Shown here piece by piece: positions 28,741 through 42,012 of a stretch of DNA of 64,000 nt. Location of the stretch: assembly GCF_963921235.1 (NCBI RefSeq), contig NC_086097.1:56918001-56982000 (forward strand), given 5' to 3'. The stretch is from Mobula hypostoma. Its lineage: Eukaryota. Below the pieces are notes generated by a model. That model was given only the letters and a program-made list of their open reading frames with translations, made no database searches and was not told the origin of the DNA. Every line of letters begins with the position of its first letter. The stretch's first letter is position 1. Both the position numbers and the translations under genes were made by a program.

Positions 28741-30226
28741 TAATAGATAGAAAAAAATTGATAAAACTTCTGGAAATCTGATATGAAAATGAAATGCTAG
28801 AAACACTCAGCAGACTACACAGTATTTGTGAAAAGAAACCCGTTTACTTGTTTGACATCGCAGTGAGTTATTATTTTGAAAAACAATGTTTAGAGGTGGA
28901 ATGTTACAGATCTGGATTAAGATAAAGGGAAAAATTGTTAAAGATTTCATAATCCTTTTTCTCAGTAAAATGCAACATTGGCTAATCTTTGTTACAATTC
29001 CAATTCCAAATATATCAATAGCCAACCCCACCCCCCACGATGACTCAGGGGTATTAGCTGAGTACTAGATTGGGTTTAGCTTTGATATCCCCTCCAGGGA
29101 TGTGATTAACAGACCACACCCTATCTAGGCTCCTGAAATGAATGGTTAGTATGTCATGCATGTGGACTTTAAAAATTACCACACATTATCAAATAACAAT
29201 TTCTTTAGTAAAATTAAGCACTGTGCAATTAGTGATGGCATAGTGAAAAAAACTAGCAAATAACTGTTTCGCTAGAATGATTCCATAGGGTTGATGTCAT
29301 TACTGGTCTTTTTAAACAAATGTTAAACATTTGTATGTAGGTAGGTTAAAGGGCTATATTTCCAAGATTAACGATAATCAAAACCAAGAACACATTATAA
29401 ATAAAAATAGTAACAGAAACAAGTAAAATGAAAATGAAACAGAATTTAATGAAAGAAAACATGAAGTAATTTATTATGCTAGAACAAGACTATATAAATT
29501 AAGTGGCAGAAACTTAAAATTAACACCAAGTATACAAATTGTTAAAAGCTGACAGGATAAATCGAAAGGCTGTTAAAATGCAAACTGGATATATGGTGTT
29601 ATAGAGAGGTGGCATAGAAACAAAAAGTTATGCAAAGTCTTCATAAAATAGTGCTACCAGTTAAAAGGCTCTTGAGAAGATGTTGTAATTTATTAAATGT
29701 ACTTTTGGTGCTATTCTAAGTTATGTAGTGGATAACTGGAAAATTTACAGCTTCAGAAGCATGCAATTAAGTTCTGGTCCATTTAAAAAAAATCCAGTAG
29801 CAGAAACTCAGATTACAAGAAAGACTTCAAGTAATTAGAAGGGAAACACTCTACAAAATGTTTTCTTGCACCTCAGGACTGTTTGTTGGTGAGATTCATC
29901 CAGGAATGACTTGACTTTCATACAGCTTTTGTTTAAAGCATATTTTCAGAAGCAATCCCAAAGATGATTAAATTGGTTACTTAAAGCTAAGTAGAAGATC
30001 TTGAATGATAGTATAAATGCAGATTATATTTGCCTCCTATTTAGATTTGATTAATGAAAGAAAATGCAGGTGTATTTAGTTCAAATTTTCTTGGTGCAAA
30101 TCCATGGCATCAAGTATGCAAATCTTGCCCTTGGTTCGAGCTTTGTATTTTCCATAGCAGAGTGACCCAATCCTGGAGCGTGACAACTAAGCGAACAAGA
30201 TTGAGGATTAAGATGTTTGAAGCCCG

Positions 30227-32476
30227 AAATTTATATCCTGGATCAAATTGTTATATCATTCTCCTATGGCCTCAGTTCGTACTAACTCGTTAAATTCACC
30301 TTTTTTCCCCTCTTTTTCGAGGTACCAGACAAGGTTGTCCTCTTAGTCCTTTATTATTTGATATTGCATTAGAACCTCTTGCAATTGCTATTCGAGAATC
30401 CCCTAATATTATTGGTATAACTCATGGTTTAAAGTCTCAAAGTAACACTTTATGCTGATGACTTACTTTTATATATTTCTAATCCTCAAAAATCTATTCC
30501 TGCAGCTTTAGATTTATTAGCACAATTTAGTCTTTTTTCAGGTTATGTTAAATCTCAGTAAGAGTGAACTTTTCCCGATTAATAAGCAAGTTCCCTTATA
30601 TCAGAACCTCCCGTTTAAATTGGTTAATAACCATTTTTCATATCTTGGGATTAAAATTACCTGTAAACATAAGGATTTATTTAAGACTAATTTCCTACCC
30701 TTAATTGATCACATTATACAACTTTCATTTAAATGGTCTCCACTTTATTTAACTTTGATTGGTCATATTAATGCTGTTAAGATGTTTATTCTGCCAAAAT
30801 TTTTATATGTATTTCATGCATTACCAATTTTTGTTCCAAAATCCTTTTTTGACTCTAAAATTTCTTCATTTGGCAAAATAAAAACCCCAGACTGGGTAGA
30901 ATACATCTACAGAAAGCTAAGAGAGATGGAGGTTTGGCATTACCTAATTTTAGATTCTATTATTGGGCAATTAATATTCAACACATGAAATTTTGGTTAC
31001 TTGACCAAGATACACTATCCATTCCTAAATGGGTAGTATTGGAATTACAATCTGCTCAAGGTAATGCACTTAGCTCCATTTTAAGTTCTTCTCTTCCTTT
31101 CGATTTGAAATGCCATAAACAGGTTTGTAATCCGATAGTTAAACGTACCGTACGCATTTGGTTTCAATTCCGAAAATCTTTCAACCTTAATCAATTTGGG
31201 CTAGCGATTCCTATTTTAGGCAATGTATTCTTTCCCCCTTCCTCTACAGACCGTGCCTTTCAAATTTGGAAGACCAATGGTATATCACGGTTTTTGGATT
31301 TACTTTTAGATGGCTCCCTTATGTCTTTTCAACAAATATAACTTACCAAGAATACATTTTTTTTAGATATCTCCAAGTTAGAAATTTCCTAAGTACCATA
31401 CTTTCATCCTTTCTGGCGTTACCCCCTACATATATTTTAGATACTATAATTAACTTAACCCATGTCAGAAAGGTGTAACGGCTATTATTTATAATATCAT
31501 CATGAAACTTAGGAAAGCTCCATTTGATAAGATTAGGTCAGATTGGGAAAAGGAATTGGGCTTCACTATTTTGGCGGATGACTGGGTGCATATTTTACAA
31601 CTAGTCAATACTTCCTCTATCTGTTCCAAACATTCCCTAATTCAATTTAAAGTTGTTCATAGAGCACATATGTCTAAAGATAAATTAGCTCGTTTTTATT
31701 CTCATATTAACCCTCTTTGTGACAGATGTCATGGGGAGATAGCTTCCTTAACTCATATGTTTTGGTGCTGTCCTACTTTGGAAACTTTTTGAAAGACATT
31801 TTTAATATTATCTCAAAGGTATTGCATTGTTATTTCTCCCCATCCTATTACTGCTATCTTTGGATTACCTAAAACTTCCAGTAATCTTTCCCCTTCAGCC
31901 CGTAGAATGATTGCATTTCTTACATTAATGGCAAAAAGATGTATTTTACAACACTGGAAGGAGATTAATGCCCCAACTACGTTTTTTTTGGTTTTCTCAG
32001 ACGATACTATGTTTAAATTTGGAAAAAAATCAGAAGTAATCTTTATGATACTTCAGTTAAATTTGAACAGACCTGGAGATCTTTTATTCAACATTTTCAT
32101 TTAATGTAACTTTTTTTTCTCTTTGCCCATATTTACATTCCCTTCTTGCTTTTTAACTGTTTTTAATGGAGGTCAGGTTTGAGGATGTGATTGTTTTAAG
32201 TTGCTTAAGTCTACGTGATACCTAGTTAGCCCATTGCTTTGCTTTTTAGATTAGTTGCACGGTGGGGTTTTTTTTGGGTTTTTTCCTTCTCTTTATTGAT
32301 ATATATGGAAAATTAGTATATTATATTACCTCGTTATTTTATAATTAAACTGCACTGTTTGTACTACTTTTTTATGTATTAATATCTCTTGTAAATTTAT
32401 ATCGCAACAGTGTATTAGTTTCTACATGGTCTACCTTTTGTGTACTAATTCAATAAAAAGATTTAAAAAGAAAGAA
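30227..32476 (+). mobile_element. 5'-truncated L1-clade LINE
   Basis: [23 protein letters not shown]...SLTHMFWCC; AATAAA at 32452 and A-rich tail; 17-bp TSD aagatgtttgaag(c/t)ccg at 30210-30226 and 32477-32493. Confidence 0.93.
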
Positions 32477-34959
32477 AAGATGTTTGAAGTCCGCTTCAGT
32501 TATGCCCATCCATATTAATACATCCTAGCCTGGATCAACAGCTATCCCACAGTGATGGTGGTGCAGGAAGCTTTAAATGTTACCAGCCCAGATATTCACT
32601 TGGGTGTATGAAGAAATTGAGACATCCAATTCTGAAGTCAGTCTTCCTTAGAATTTAAGTACATTTTTACTTTATTATAAGCAGATTTTGAAACTCCATT
32701 TCTGATCCCACATCATTTAAGAAAATAACAGTAGCACCTTGGTGTTTCATCTCTCCTCATCCTATTCTACTGCCATGTTACAATTAATCACATCATCCTT
32801 TCTCATCAACTTTTCACTGTTGTCAAAAAACACCTGATCTAGTTTAATTTACCCATTCAATAAATGTATCTCCCCCTTTCAGGTTGCAATATGTCTCATA
32901 CTGCATCCTTAGCAATGTAGACTTGCTTAATTGTAGAGTTTAAAGACACAAGGAAACCAGTACATCAAGAATTTGGTTTTAACAGACACTGAATAAAAAA
33001 AAATGTAATGTGATGTTTTAAAGTTTTTCTTGTCCAACCTCAGAATTGCAAGTAGACAGAAACATCTCATTGCAGACAATACCATTCACTCAAAATTAAG
33101 GACACTAGCAGGTGTGCCACTATAGTTAAAAAGTCTGCAGAATCTCAACTACACCAGCTTTAAACTGATTTATGAAGGCACTTTGAAAGGGGTAACTGGA
33201 TGAAATCAAATGGAATCAGAATTCTAGAGATTACTTTATACCCATGAAAATGTAATAACCCAGAGGAGACTCATTGCATTCAACACCATCATCCTGTCAG
33301 TACTAATCAACAAACTTCAAAACCTGGGACTCTGCATCTCCTCTGCAGCATGATCCTTGATCTCATTGCGAGACCACAGTTAGTGCAGATCAGAAATAAT
33401 ATCTCCCCCTTGCTGACAATCAAAACAGGTGCTCCTCAAGGATGCCTGCTTAGTCCACTGCTCTATTCTCTCTACACTCATGACTGTGGCTACACACAGC
33501 TCAAACACCATCTATAAATTTGCCAATGACACAACTGTTGGTAGAATCTCAGATGGTGATGAAAAGGCGTATTGGAGTGAGATAGATTGGCTGGTTGACC
33601 TTGTACTCAGCATAAGACCAAGGAACTGATTATGGACTTCAGGAAAGGGAAGTCAGGAGTACACACACTAGTCCTCATCAAGTGGCAAGGGTGAACAGCT
33701 TCAAGTTCCTGGCTGTAAACATCTGTGAAGATCTATCTTGACCCAAACATATTGATGCAATCAAGAAGGCATGCCTGCAGCTATACTTCATTGGGAGTTT
33801 GAGAAGATTTTGTTAAACCCTCCATGAATAATTTAGTTTTTAAAAAATGGGGCAGGTTGGGTATTAAATGTTTTTGGGATCTGTTTGTTGGAGGAAATCT
33901 TTTCTCATTTGAGCAATTGTCAGCTAAATATAGCTTAACCAAAACTCATTTTTTTTTTAGATATTTACAAATCAGAGACTTAAGATCTCAATTATGCACA
34001 TTTCCTATAAGCTCAGATAAGAACTTACTGGACATAATTTTCAATTTGACACCTTTTCATAATGGTTCAATATTTAATATTTATGGCATGTTACTGGAGA
34101 TGAGGAATGTTCCTTCAGACAAAATTAAGAATCTCTGGGAACAAGATTTACAGACATCAATATCTGAGGAAACTTGGAATGAATTTTTTTTTTAAAAACT
34201 GGTTAATACTTTATCATTACGTGCTCACCATTGCCTCATACAAATTAAAGTGGTACATAAAGTCCATATGACTAAAGATAAGCAATCTCGTTTTTATTCG
34301 GATATATCTCCCTACTGTGACAGATGTAATAATGGAGAAGCGTCATTAATTCCTATGTTTTGGACTTGTCCCAGTCTTGAAAAATATTGGAAGGAAGTTT
34401 TTCCAAACTTCTTTACTTTTCAAAGTCAATTTTAAGCCCAATCCTCTGATGGCCCTATTTGTTATTGTTGCAGGACAAGATATCAAGCTGAAGACATCTG
34501 ATTTACATATTTTGGCCTTTAGCTCTCTTATAGCTAGGAGGGCACTTTCATTTAAATGGAAAGATGTTTTCCCTCCTACCCATGCTCAATGTTTATGCGA
34601 TGTTATGTCATGCTTAGATTTAGAGAAGCTTCGTTGTTCAATTTCTGAATCTCGTCAAGACTTTCAAACATTGCAGGAACCTTGTCTGAATTATTCTTAA
34701 AACCTTCAATTCGCTGTTTAGATTCAGATGTTGGCTATTATTATTTTTTATTATTATATGAGAAAGTATTTTACTTTTTTTCTCCTTAAGAAACAGCTTC
34801 GGTCTTAGTAGGGGTTAGATTTTTTTTTGTAATAAATTAGTATATTTCAATACAACTACTGATTAACTTACATGAACACGGGGTAATGAGATTGTTATGA
34901 ATAGATATAATGTAATTGGTAGTTTTTTTAAAAAAATCTTTTTTAACCTTTTATATATA

Positions 34960-37938
34960 CTGGTCCACAATCCCTTATCCGAAATTCTTGGGGCCAGTTG
35001 CATTTCGGAATTCAGAAATTTTTTAGATTTCAGACCCTCCCCACCCCACCCCACCCCAATACCAAAAAGTACGTATGCTCAAGTCTCTTATTTAACCTGT
35101 CTCAGTGTGATGGACTTTAGGACCCAGCGGTGCACCAAACCTACACACATCCTCCCATACACTTTAAATCATCTCTAGATTACTTATAATACCTAATACA
35201 ATGTAAATACTATGTAAATAGTTGTTATACTGTATTGTTTAGGGAATAATGACAAGAAGGAATTTTATTTCCAACAAAAACATTCAATAAAACATTAAAA
35301 TATACAGCTTCAAACGAACTGAATCAAACCCATGGTAACTGACTTACTAGAATAAATGTAGAACGTCACTGTCACTATAAAACTTCAGTAACTTGTCTTT
35401 CTGTTTATTTAAATCATATCCAGTGGTAGTTCCAACACTACTTTCTTCAGTAAGACACCACACAGACACACCACGATCAAGCTTCTGCAATAACTCCACT
35501 TTCTGCGTTATTGATAATGATAGGTGCTTCCTTCTCTTTTTCTCATTGTTACCCATAGGGGTATCTTCAGCTCTTTTTGACATTTTCACAGTGAAATTAA
35601 ACACAAAGTCAACAGTGAACACAAAATATCAGTGAACAGCAAATTTTTTTTAAATTTCAAAACATACTTTATTCAAAAATAAAATTATATACAACAAACC
35701 ATTCAATAACTTTTCATCCTTTACATACGTTCCCATTATAGTCAGTACATATCCGTACCTATGGCCACTCATGTGGCACTCCATTGGTTCACCTTACCAC
35801 ATCATTGTTGAGGGGTATACTCCCGGCCACCCGACCACTCCCACGGGTGGAGAAACCTATACTGTGGTCCTTCCCCACCGGGCCCTTGCGGTGGCTGCAC
35901 CAAGTTTCAGTGCGTCCCTCAGCACGTACTCCTGCAGCCGAGAATGTGCCAGTCGGCAGCATTCTCCCACGGACATCTCCATGTGCTGGTAGATCATCAA
36001 GTTTCGGGCCGACCAAAGAGCGTCTTTCACCGAGTTGATGATCTGCCAGCAGCACAGGATGTTGGTCTCCATGTGCGTCTCCGGGAATAGCCCGTAGATC
36101 AGAGACTCCTCTGTTATGCAGCTGCTGGGGATGAAATGTGACACTAGCCCATCCATCCTCCTCCACACCCTCTTTGCGAACTGACAGGGTGCAAAGAGGT
36201 GGGTCACAGACTCCTCCTCACTGCAGTCCTCCCGTGGGCAGCGGGGTGTGGAGACGACATTCCGGGCGAACAGGAGGGATCTGACGGGGAGGGCCCCTCT
36301 CACTGCCAGCCAGGCGAGGTCTTGGTGCCTGTGGTGAGATCTGGCAACGAGGCATTTTGCCAGATGAACTGGACAGTCTGCTCAGGGAACCACCCCACTG
36401 TGTCCATCACATCCTTCTCCTGCAGTGCCTTCAGGACATTACGTGCCAACCACTGCCTGATGGCCCTGTGGTCAAAGGCGTGCTCCTGGAAGAACTTTTC
36501 TACGTAGGACAGGTATGCCGGCAATGACCAGCTGACTGGGGCGTTGCGCGGGAGTGGGGCCAGACCCATCCTTCGTAGCCAGGGCGACAGGTAGAACCTG
36601 GGCACGTAGTGGTACTTGGTGCCCATATACCTGGGTTCTACACACAACCTGATGCAGCCACATGCGAAGCTGGCCATCAGGGCGAGGGCGACATTGGGGA
36701 CGTTCTTGCCCCCGTTGTCCAGGGACTTGCACATGACGGTCCGTCTCACCCACTCCATCTTGGATCCCCAGATGAATCTGAAGACAGCTCAGGTGATTTC
36801 TGCACTGTAGGAGCAGGGGACGAGCCACACCTGCACCAAGTACAGCAGCCCTGAGAGCACCTCACACCTGATGACCAGGTTCTTGCCCATTATCGACAGG
36901 GAGCACCCTCCCCACAGTCCCAGTTTCTGTTTCACCTTGGCAGTCCGTTCCTGCCACTTCTTGTTGCACACCTCAGCCCCTCCGAACCAGATCCCCAACA
37001 CCTTCACGAGATCAGACCTGATGAAGAGGACACTGGATCGGTCGGGCCAGTTGCCGAAGAGCATGGCTTTGCTCTTCGTGCAGGTGACCCTGGCCCCCGA
37101 CGTCAGCTCGAACTGTTCGCAGATGCTAATCAACCTGCGAACTGACCTCGGATCAGAGCAGAAGATGGTGACGTCGTCCATGTACAGGGAGGTTTTCACT
37201 TGGGTCCCTCCACTGCCTGGCAGCGTCACCCCTCTTATGCCCTCATCCCTCCTGATGGCTTCAGCAAAGGGCTCTATGCAGCAGACAAACAAGACAGGGG
37301 AGAGGGGACAGCCCTGCCTGACTCCAGACCTGATGGGGAAGCTGTCTGTTTCCCACCCATTGACCTGGACTGCACTACGGATGTCCGTGTAGAGCAGTCA
37401 GATCCAATTCCAGATTCCCTCCCCAAATCCCATTTTGGAGAGCACGTCTGCCATGTACGTGTGCGATATCCTGTCGAAGGCCTTCTCCTGGTCCAAGCTG
37501 ACCGGGCAGGTGTTCACGCCCCTGTCCTGCACCTAGGCGATGGTGTCCCTCAGCAGCGTGAGGCCGTCTGAGATTTTCCTGCCTGGTACAGCACAGGTTT
37601 GGTCCGGGTGGATCACTTGTCCCAGGAGCAGACTTGACCCTGTTGGCAATAGCCTTGGACAGGATCTTGTAATCCACATTCAGGGGAGAAATGGGTCTCC
37701 AATTTCTAATGTCCTCCCTTTCCCCCTTCTGCTTGTAGATGAGGGTGATGATGCCCTTCCTCATGGACTCTGACATACTGCCGGCCAGAAGCATAGCGTT
37801 GTACACTTCCAGCAGGAACAGCGAATGCACGTGTAACCAGTATGAGTGCTGAGTGACGGCCTCAGCTGGTGCTGCCACGTCACACCTGAGTGAAGTCAGC
37901 TGTTGGATTTCAGAGTTTTGGATAAAGGAAAGCACCCG
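34960..37938 (-). mobile_element. Tigger/Jerky-like DNA transposon derivative inside the L1 3' UTR
   Basis: psq-type HTH (KRRKHLSLSITQKVELLQKLDRGVSV); degenerate TIRs (ccttatccgaaa / ttttggataaagg) with TA at both ends. Confidence 0.8.
35645..37815 (-). mobile_element. 5'-truncated Tx1-clade LINE, GC-rich
   Basis: NWRPISPLNVDYKILSK, SLYMDDVTIF, C-terminal CPREDC...ESVTHLFAPC; poly(A) at the left end; TSD gaacagc(a/g)aat at 35634-35644 and 37816-37826. Confidence 0.92.
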
Positions 37939-38764
37939 TACTTTCTTATACTCTGTATTCTTCTATGTAGAAAATAATAGAAAAAAATTGGAAAGAGAAG
38001 ATTTTTAAATTTCTACAGATATATTGTGGCGAGCATTCTGACTAATTGCACCACTATCTGGTATGGAGGCTCCAATGCACAGGATTAGAAAAAGATGCAA
38101 ATGGTTATAAACTCAGTCAACTCCATCATGGGCGCTAGCCTCCCCACCATTGAGGACACTTTGAATATGTGATGTCTCAAGCCATCCATCATTAAGGACC
38201 CTCATAATCCAGAGCACGCAGAGGTACAGGAGCCAGAAGACACACACTGTTTTATGAACTGCTTTTTCCCCTCAGCTATCAGATTTTTGAACAGACCACG
38301 AATACTACCTCAGTATTTGCTCTTTTGCAGTAATATTTAGTGAAAAACTCATTTAAAAATTTATTTTAACATGCTCATGTATTGCACTGTACTGCTGCTG
38401 CAAAACAAGTGTTACGACATGCGTCAATGATAATAAACCTGATTCTGAACTGGGATATAAATTTTAACTTCAATTTGTTGAAGGGTTCAAGGGAAGCTGA
38501 GGGCTTTATTTTTAAAATTACACCAGTGAGAATCAGGATTTCTGTCTGCATGTATTGTAGGGGTAGGAATTGACAACACTTTAAATGGTACCAAATTAAC
38601 AGGGGAATTGTAACCCACAAGGCTCATAAATAAATATCTCAGTCTATTGCTAATTTAGACGTATGTTTGTTTGCAATTTTTTTGCATTTATGAACGCACT
38701 CTCATATCAAAATCTGTATTCCTACAAGGGATATTCCTAAGGGACTAGATATACAAATATTTCA

Positions 38765-39620
38765 ATAGACATGGACTGATTACAGATGGTCCAGTATAGC
38801 TTCGTGTGTACTAGATCATGTCTAACCAATCTTAGGAGTTGCTTGAGGAAGTTAAAAGAAAAGTGGATGAAGGAAAGGCAGTGGATGTTGTCTACATGGA
38901 CTTTAGTAAGGCATTTGACAAGGTAGTAAGTTGGATTAGACATTGGCTTTGTGGGGAAAGGTTGACAGTGGCAGAAGGTTGCCTCTGACTGGAGGCCTGT
39001 GACCACTGGTGTGCCACATGGATTGGTGCTGGGTCCTTTGATGTTTGTTTGCAATCTATATCAAGGTCTGGATGATGTGATGAACTGGATCAGCAAATTT
39101 GTGAATGACATCAAGATTGAGGGTGTACTGGACAGTGAGAAAGGCCATCATGGCTTGCGTCAAATGGCAGATGGAATTTAATGCAGACAAGTGTGAGATT
39201 TTGCACTTCAGTAAGACCAAGCAGAATAGATATTCTACAGTGAACAGTAAGGCACTGAGGAGTGCGGTAGAACAAAGGGAACTGGGAACACAGGTACATA
39301 ATCTGTTGAAAGAGGCATCACAGATAGATAGGGTCAAAAAGATTGACCTGCCTAAATCAATGTACGAGTAAAGTGGGATATTATGTTAAAGTTGTACAAG
39401 ACAGTATTGTGTATGAAGTATTCTGTGCAGTTTTGGTCTTTCTGAGGCATCACTCCTTGAAGATGTCTTGAATACTTGGTCATTTAGCACAGAACAGTCA
39501 CTTTGGCCCAACTTGTCCTTACCAGCCAAGGTGCCCATCTAAGCTAGTTCAATTTGCCTGCATTTGGCCCATATCCCTCAAAAGGTTTCCCCACACATAA
39601 ACTTATCCAAATGTCTTTCA
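38765..39620 (+). mobile_element. CR1 fragments (sense RT piece, short antisense tail at ~39490-39620)
   Basis: TTGVPHGLVLGPLMF, KWQMEFNADKCEILHF. Confidence 0.8.
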
Positions 39621-40947
39621 ATCTTAGTATACACCAAGTTTTACATTAACATGAAGAAAGCCATTTTTTCCTTTAAAGTTTCTGATGCGCAAGTTTGAAT
39701 GCTAATTTAATAAAATTTAGGTTGTCAAACAAGGTTATACGTTTCGGTATAGTACCAATGAATTGATCCACTTAACACGAAACAGGAGTGTGTGGGCCAT
39801 GGCAGTCAAAGCTCAAACTGGGCAGGGCACCTGATGATGATGATACATTTCAGTGATCTTTCCTAAGATAAATATTGATCTATTTGAACGAGACAAAAAT
39901 CTCACCTACATCTTGGTACCATTGGTCTCTTCTGTTTATATCAGAGGAAGTATTGAATGATAGTTAACAATTTATTTTTGCATTCAGTAAACACTTTACA
40001 TCTGCAAATTCACAATAAAACAATTCTGTATTTATTTCAACTTTCACTTCCTTTCATAAGGAATTGCATCCTATTTCTTAAATTATGTTGGTAACATTTG
40101 AAACAACTTAACTTAAATAGAGCTAAGTTTATGACTTTCTATCTATAATTCCTCTAGGGTATTTAATCGTTAACATCATGGAACAACATCTGAACTATTG
40201 TAACAGAGGACTTTCACCACTAAGGCTGTTGGGCAGGAAGCTCAGGAATATAAACCAGCAGCTCTGGTGGAACAATACTAAACTTCTACCTCAGGATATT
40301 CCACTGCAGCCGTTCTTCCTTCATCTTGGTAAATTGTAATCATACATTCAGAAATTGTTTCTCCGATAGATTGACAAGCACTGAAGTTGCAATACGCACC
40401 CAAGTAAACCGACAGTTTTCCGTCACTGTCCAGATTTGTGCCTTGAAGACAGTGTCAGGGTTTCAGAAGTTAATAATAGTCACTTACCTGAACACAATAT
40501 TAATCCCACCTGTTCCTGAAGGCTCTCTATATGGGTTTGATTGGACTAGTGAACTTCACAAACAGGTGAACCCCAGTATGTGGATGGCCAGTAAGCACCA
40601 AGGGGAGATGGCTTGACTCTTCAAAGATGGGTCACACTTACTCAGCATAAATGCTTACTCACCCAACAGCACAAGGCTAAAAATTTCTTGTCTTTCACAA
40701 TTGGACTGGACTACTTAATTTCTGGTTGAATAGAACCAAACAAAAGCAACAGCATGAATTCCCTTCTTCTGAATTCATGACCTGGAACTCATTAATAAAG
40801 CAAAGGTAGTTGGGCTGAAGGCATTGCTCCAAGATTATCTGCAACAAACACCAATTGAAATAACTGGCCATAAACAACTGTAAAGGCCTTCTTTTATGCT
40901 AGACAGGATTCCAACAATTGTAACATATCCCATTTTCTACTAATTTT

Positions 40948-42012
40948 CAGAATCAGATTTATCACCAGCATGTGACGTGAAATTTATTAACTTAGCAGCA
41001 GTTCAATGCAATATATAATCTAGCAGAGAAACATAAAGCATAATAAATCAATTACATATATTGAATAGATTTTAAAAATGTGCAAAAAATACTGTATATT
41101 AAAAAAGTGGGTGTGTCCAAAGCTTCAATGTCTATTTAGGAATCGGATGGCAGAGGAGAAGCAGCTGTTCCTGAATTGTTGAGTGTGTGGCTTCAGGCTT
41201 CTGTACCTCCTACCTGCTGGTAACAGTGAGAAAAGGGCATGCCCTGGGTGCTGGAGGTACTTAATAATGGACGTTACCTTTTTGAGACACTGCTCCCTGA
41301 AGTTGTCCTGGGTACTTTGCAGGCTAGTGCCCAAGATGAAGCCGACAAGATTTACAACCTTCTGCAGCTTCTTTCGGTCCTGTGCAGTAGCCCCTCCATA
41401 TCAGACAGTGATGCAGCCTGTCAGAATGCTCTCCACTGTACAACTATATAAGTTTTTGAGTGTATTTATTGACATGCCAAATCTCTTCAACTCCTAATAA
41501 CGTATAGCCTTCTTTATAACTACATCAATATGTTGGTTCCAGGTTAGATCCTCAGAGATCTTGACACCGAGGAACTTGAAGCTGCTCACCCTCTCCATTT
41601 CTGATCCCTCTATGAAGATTGGTACGTGTTCCTTCGTCTTACCCTTCCTGAAGTCCACAATCAGCTCTTTCGTCTTACTGACGTTGAGTGTAAGGTTGTT
41701 GCTGTGACACCACTCCACTAATTAGCATATCTCACTCCTGTACGTCCTCTCGTCTCCATCTGAGATTCTACCAACAATGGTTGTATCATCAGCAAATTTA
41801 TTGATGGTATTTGAGCTATGCACAGCCACAGTCATGTGTATACAGAGAGTAGCGCAGTGGGCTAAGCATGCATCCCTAAGGTGCACCAGTATTGATCATC
41901 AGCAAGGAGGGTATGTTATCACCAATCTGTACAGATTGTGGTCTTCTGGTTAGGAAGTCGAGAATCCAATTGCAGAGGGAGGTACAGAGGCCCAGGTTCT
42001 GCAACTTCTTAA
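40948..42012 (-). mobile_element. Rex/Babar-like LINE 3' fragment
   Basis: WCHSNNLTLNVSKTKELIVDFRK, HPGHALFSLLPAGRRYRS; (cagaat) tail. Confidence 0.88.

Larger units (their letters stand above)
33812..37994 (+). mobile_element. 5'-truncated L1-clade LINE (nested, itself interrupted)
   Basis: CDRCNNGEASLIPMFWTC; 11-bp TSD gagaagatttt at 33801-33811 and 37995-38005. Confidence 0.85.
33275..38450 (+). mobile_element. Rex/Babar-like LINE fragment, outermost host of a nested cluster
   Basis: NTIYKFANDTTV at ~33500; the element resumes after 38005. Confidence 0.75.

Noticed and set aside
35771..37935. Dense overlapping GC-rich ORFs suggesting a foreign gene cluster
   Set aside because: All are frames or antisense shadows of a frameshifted Tx1 ORF2 with poly(A) and TSD.
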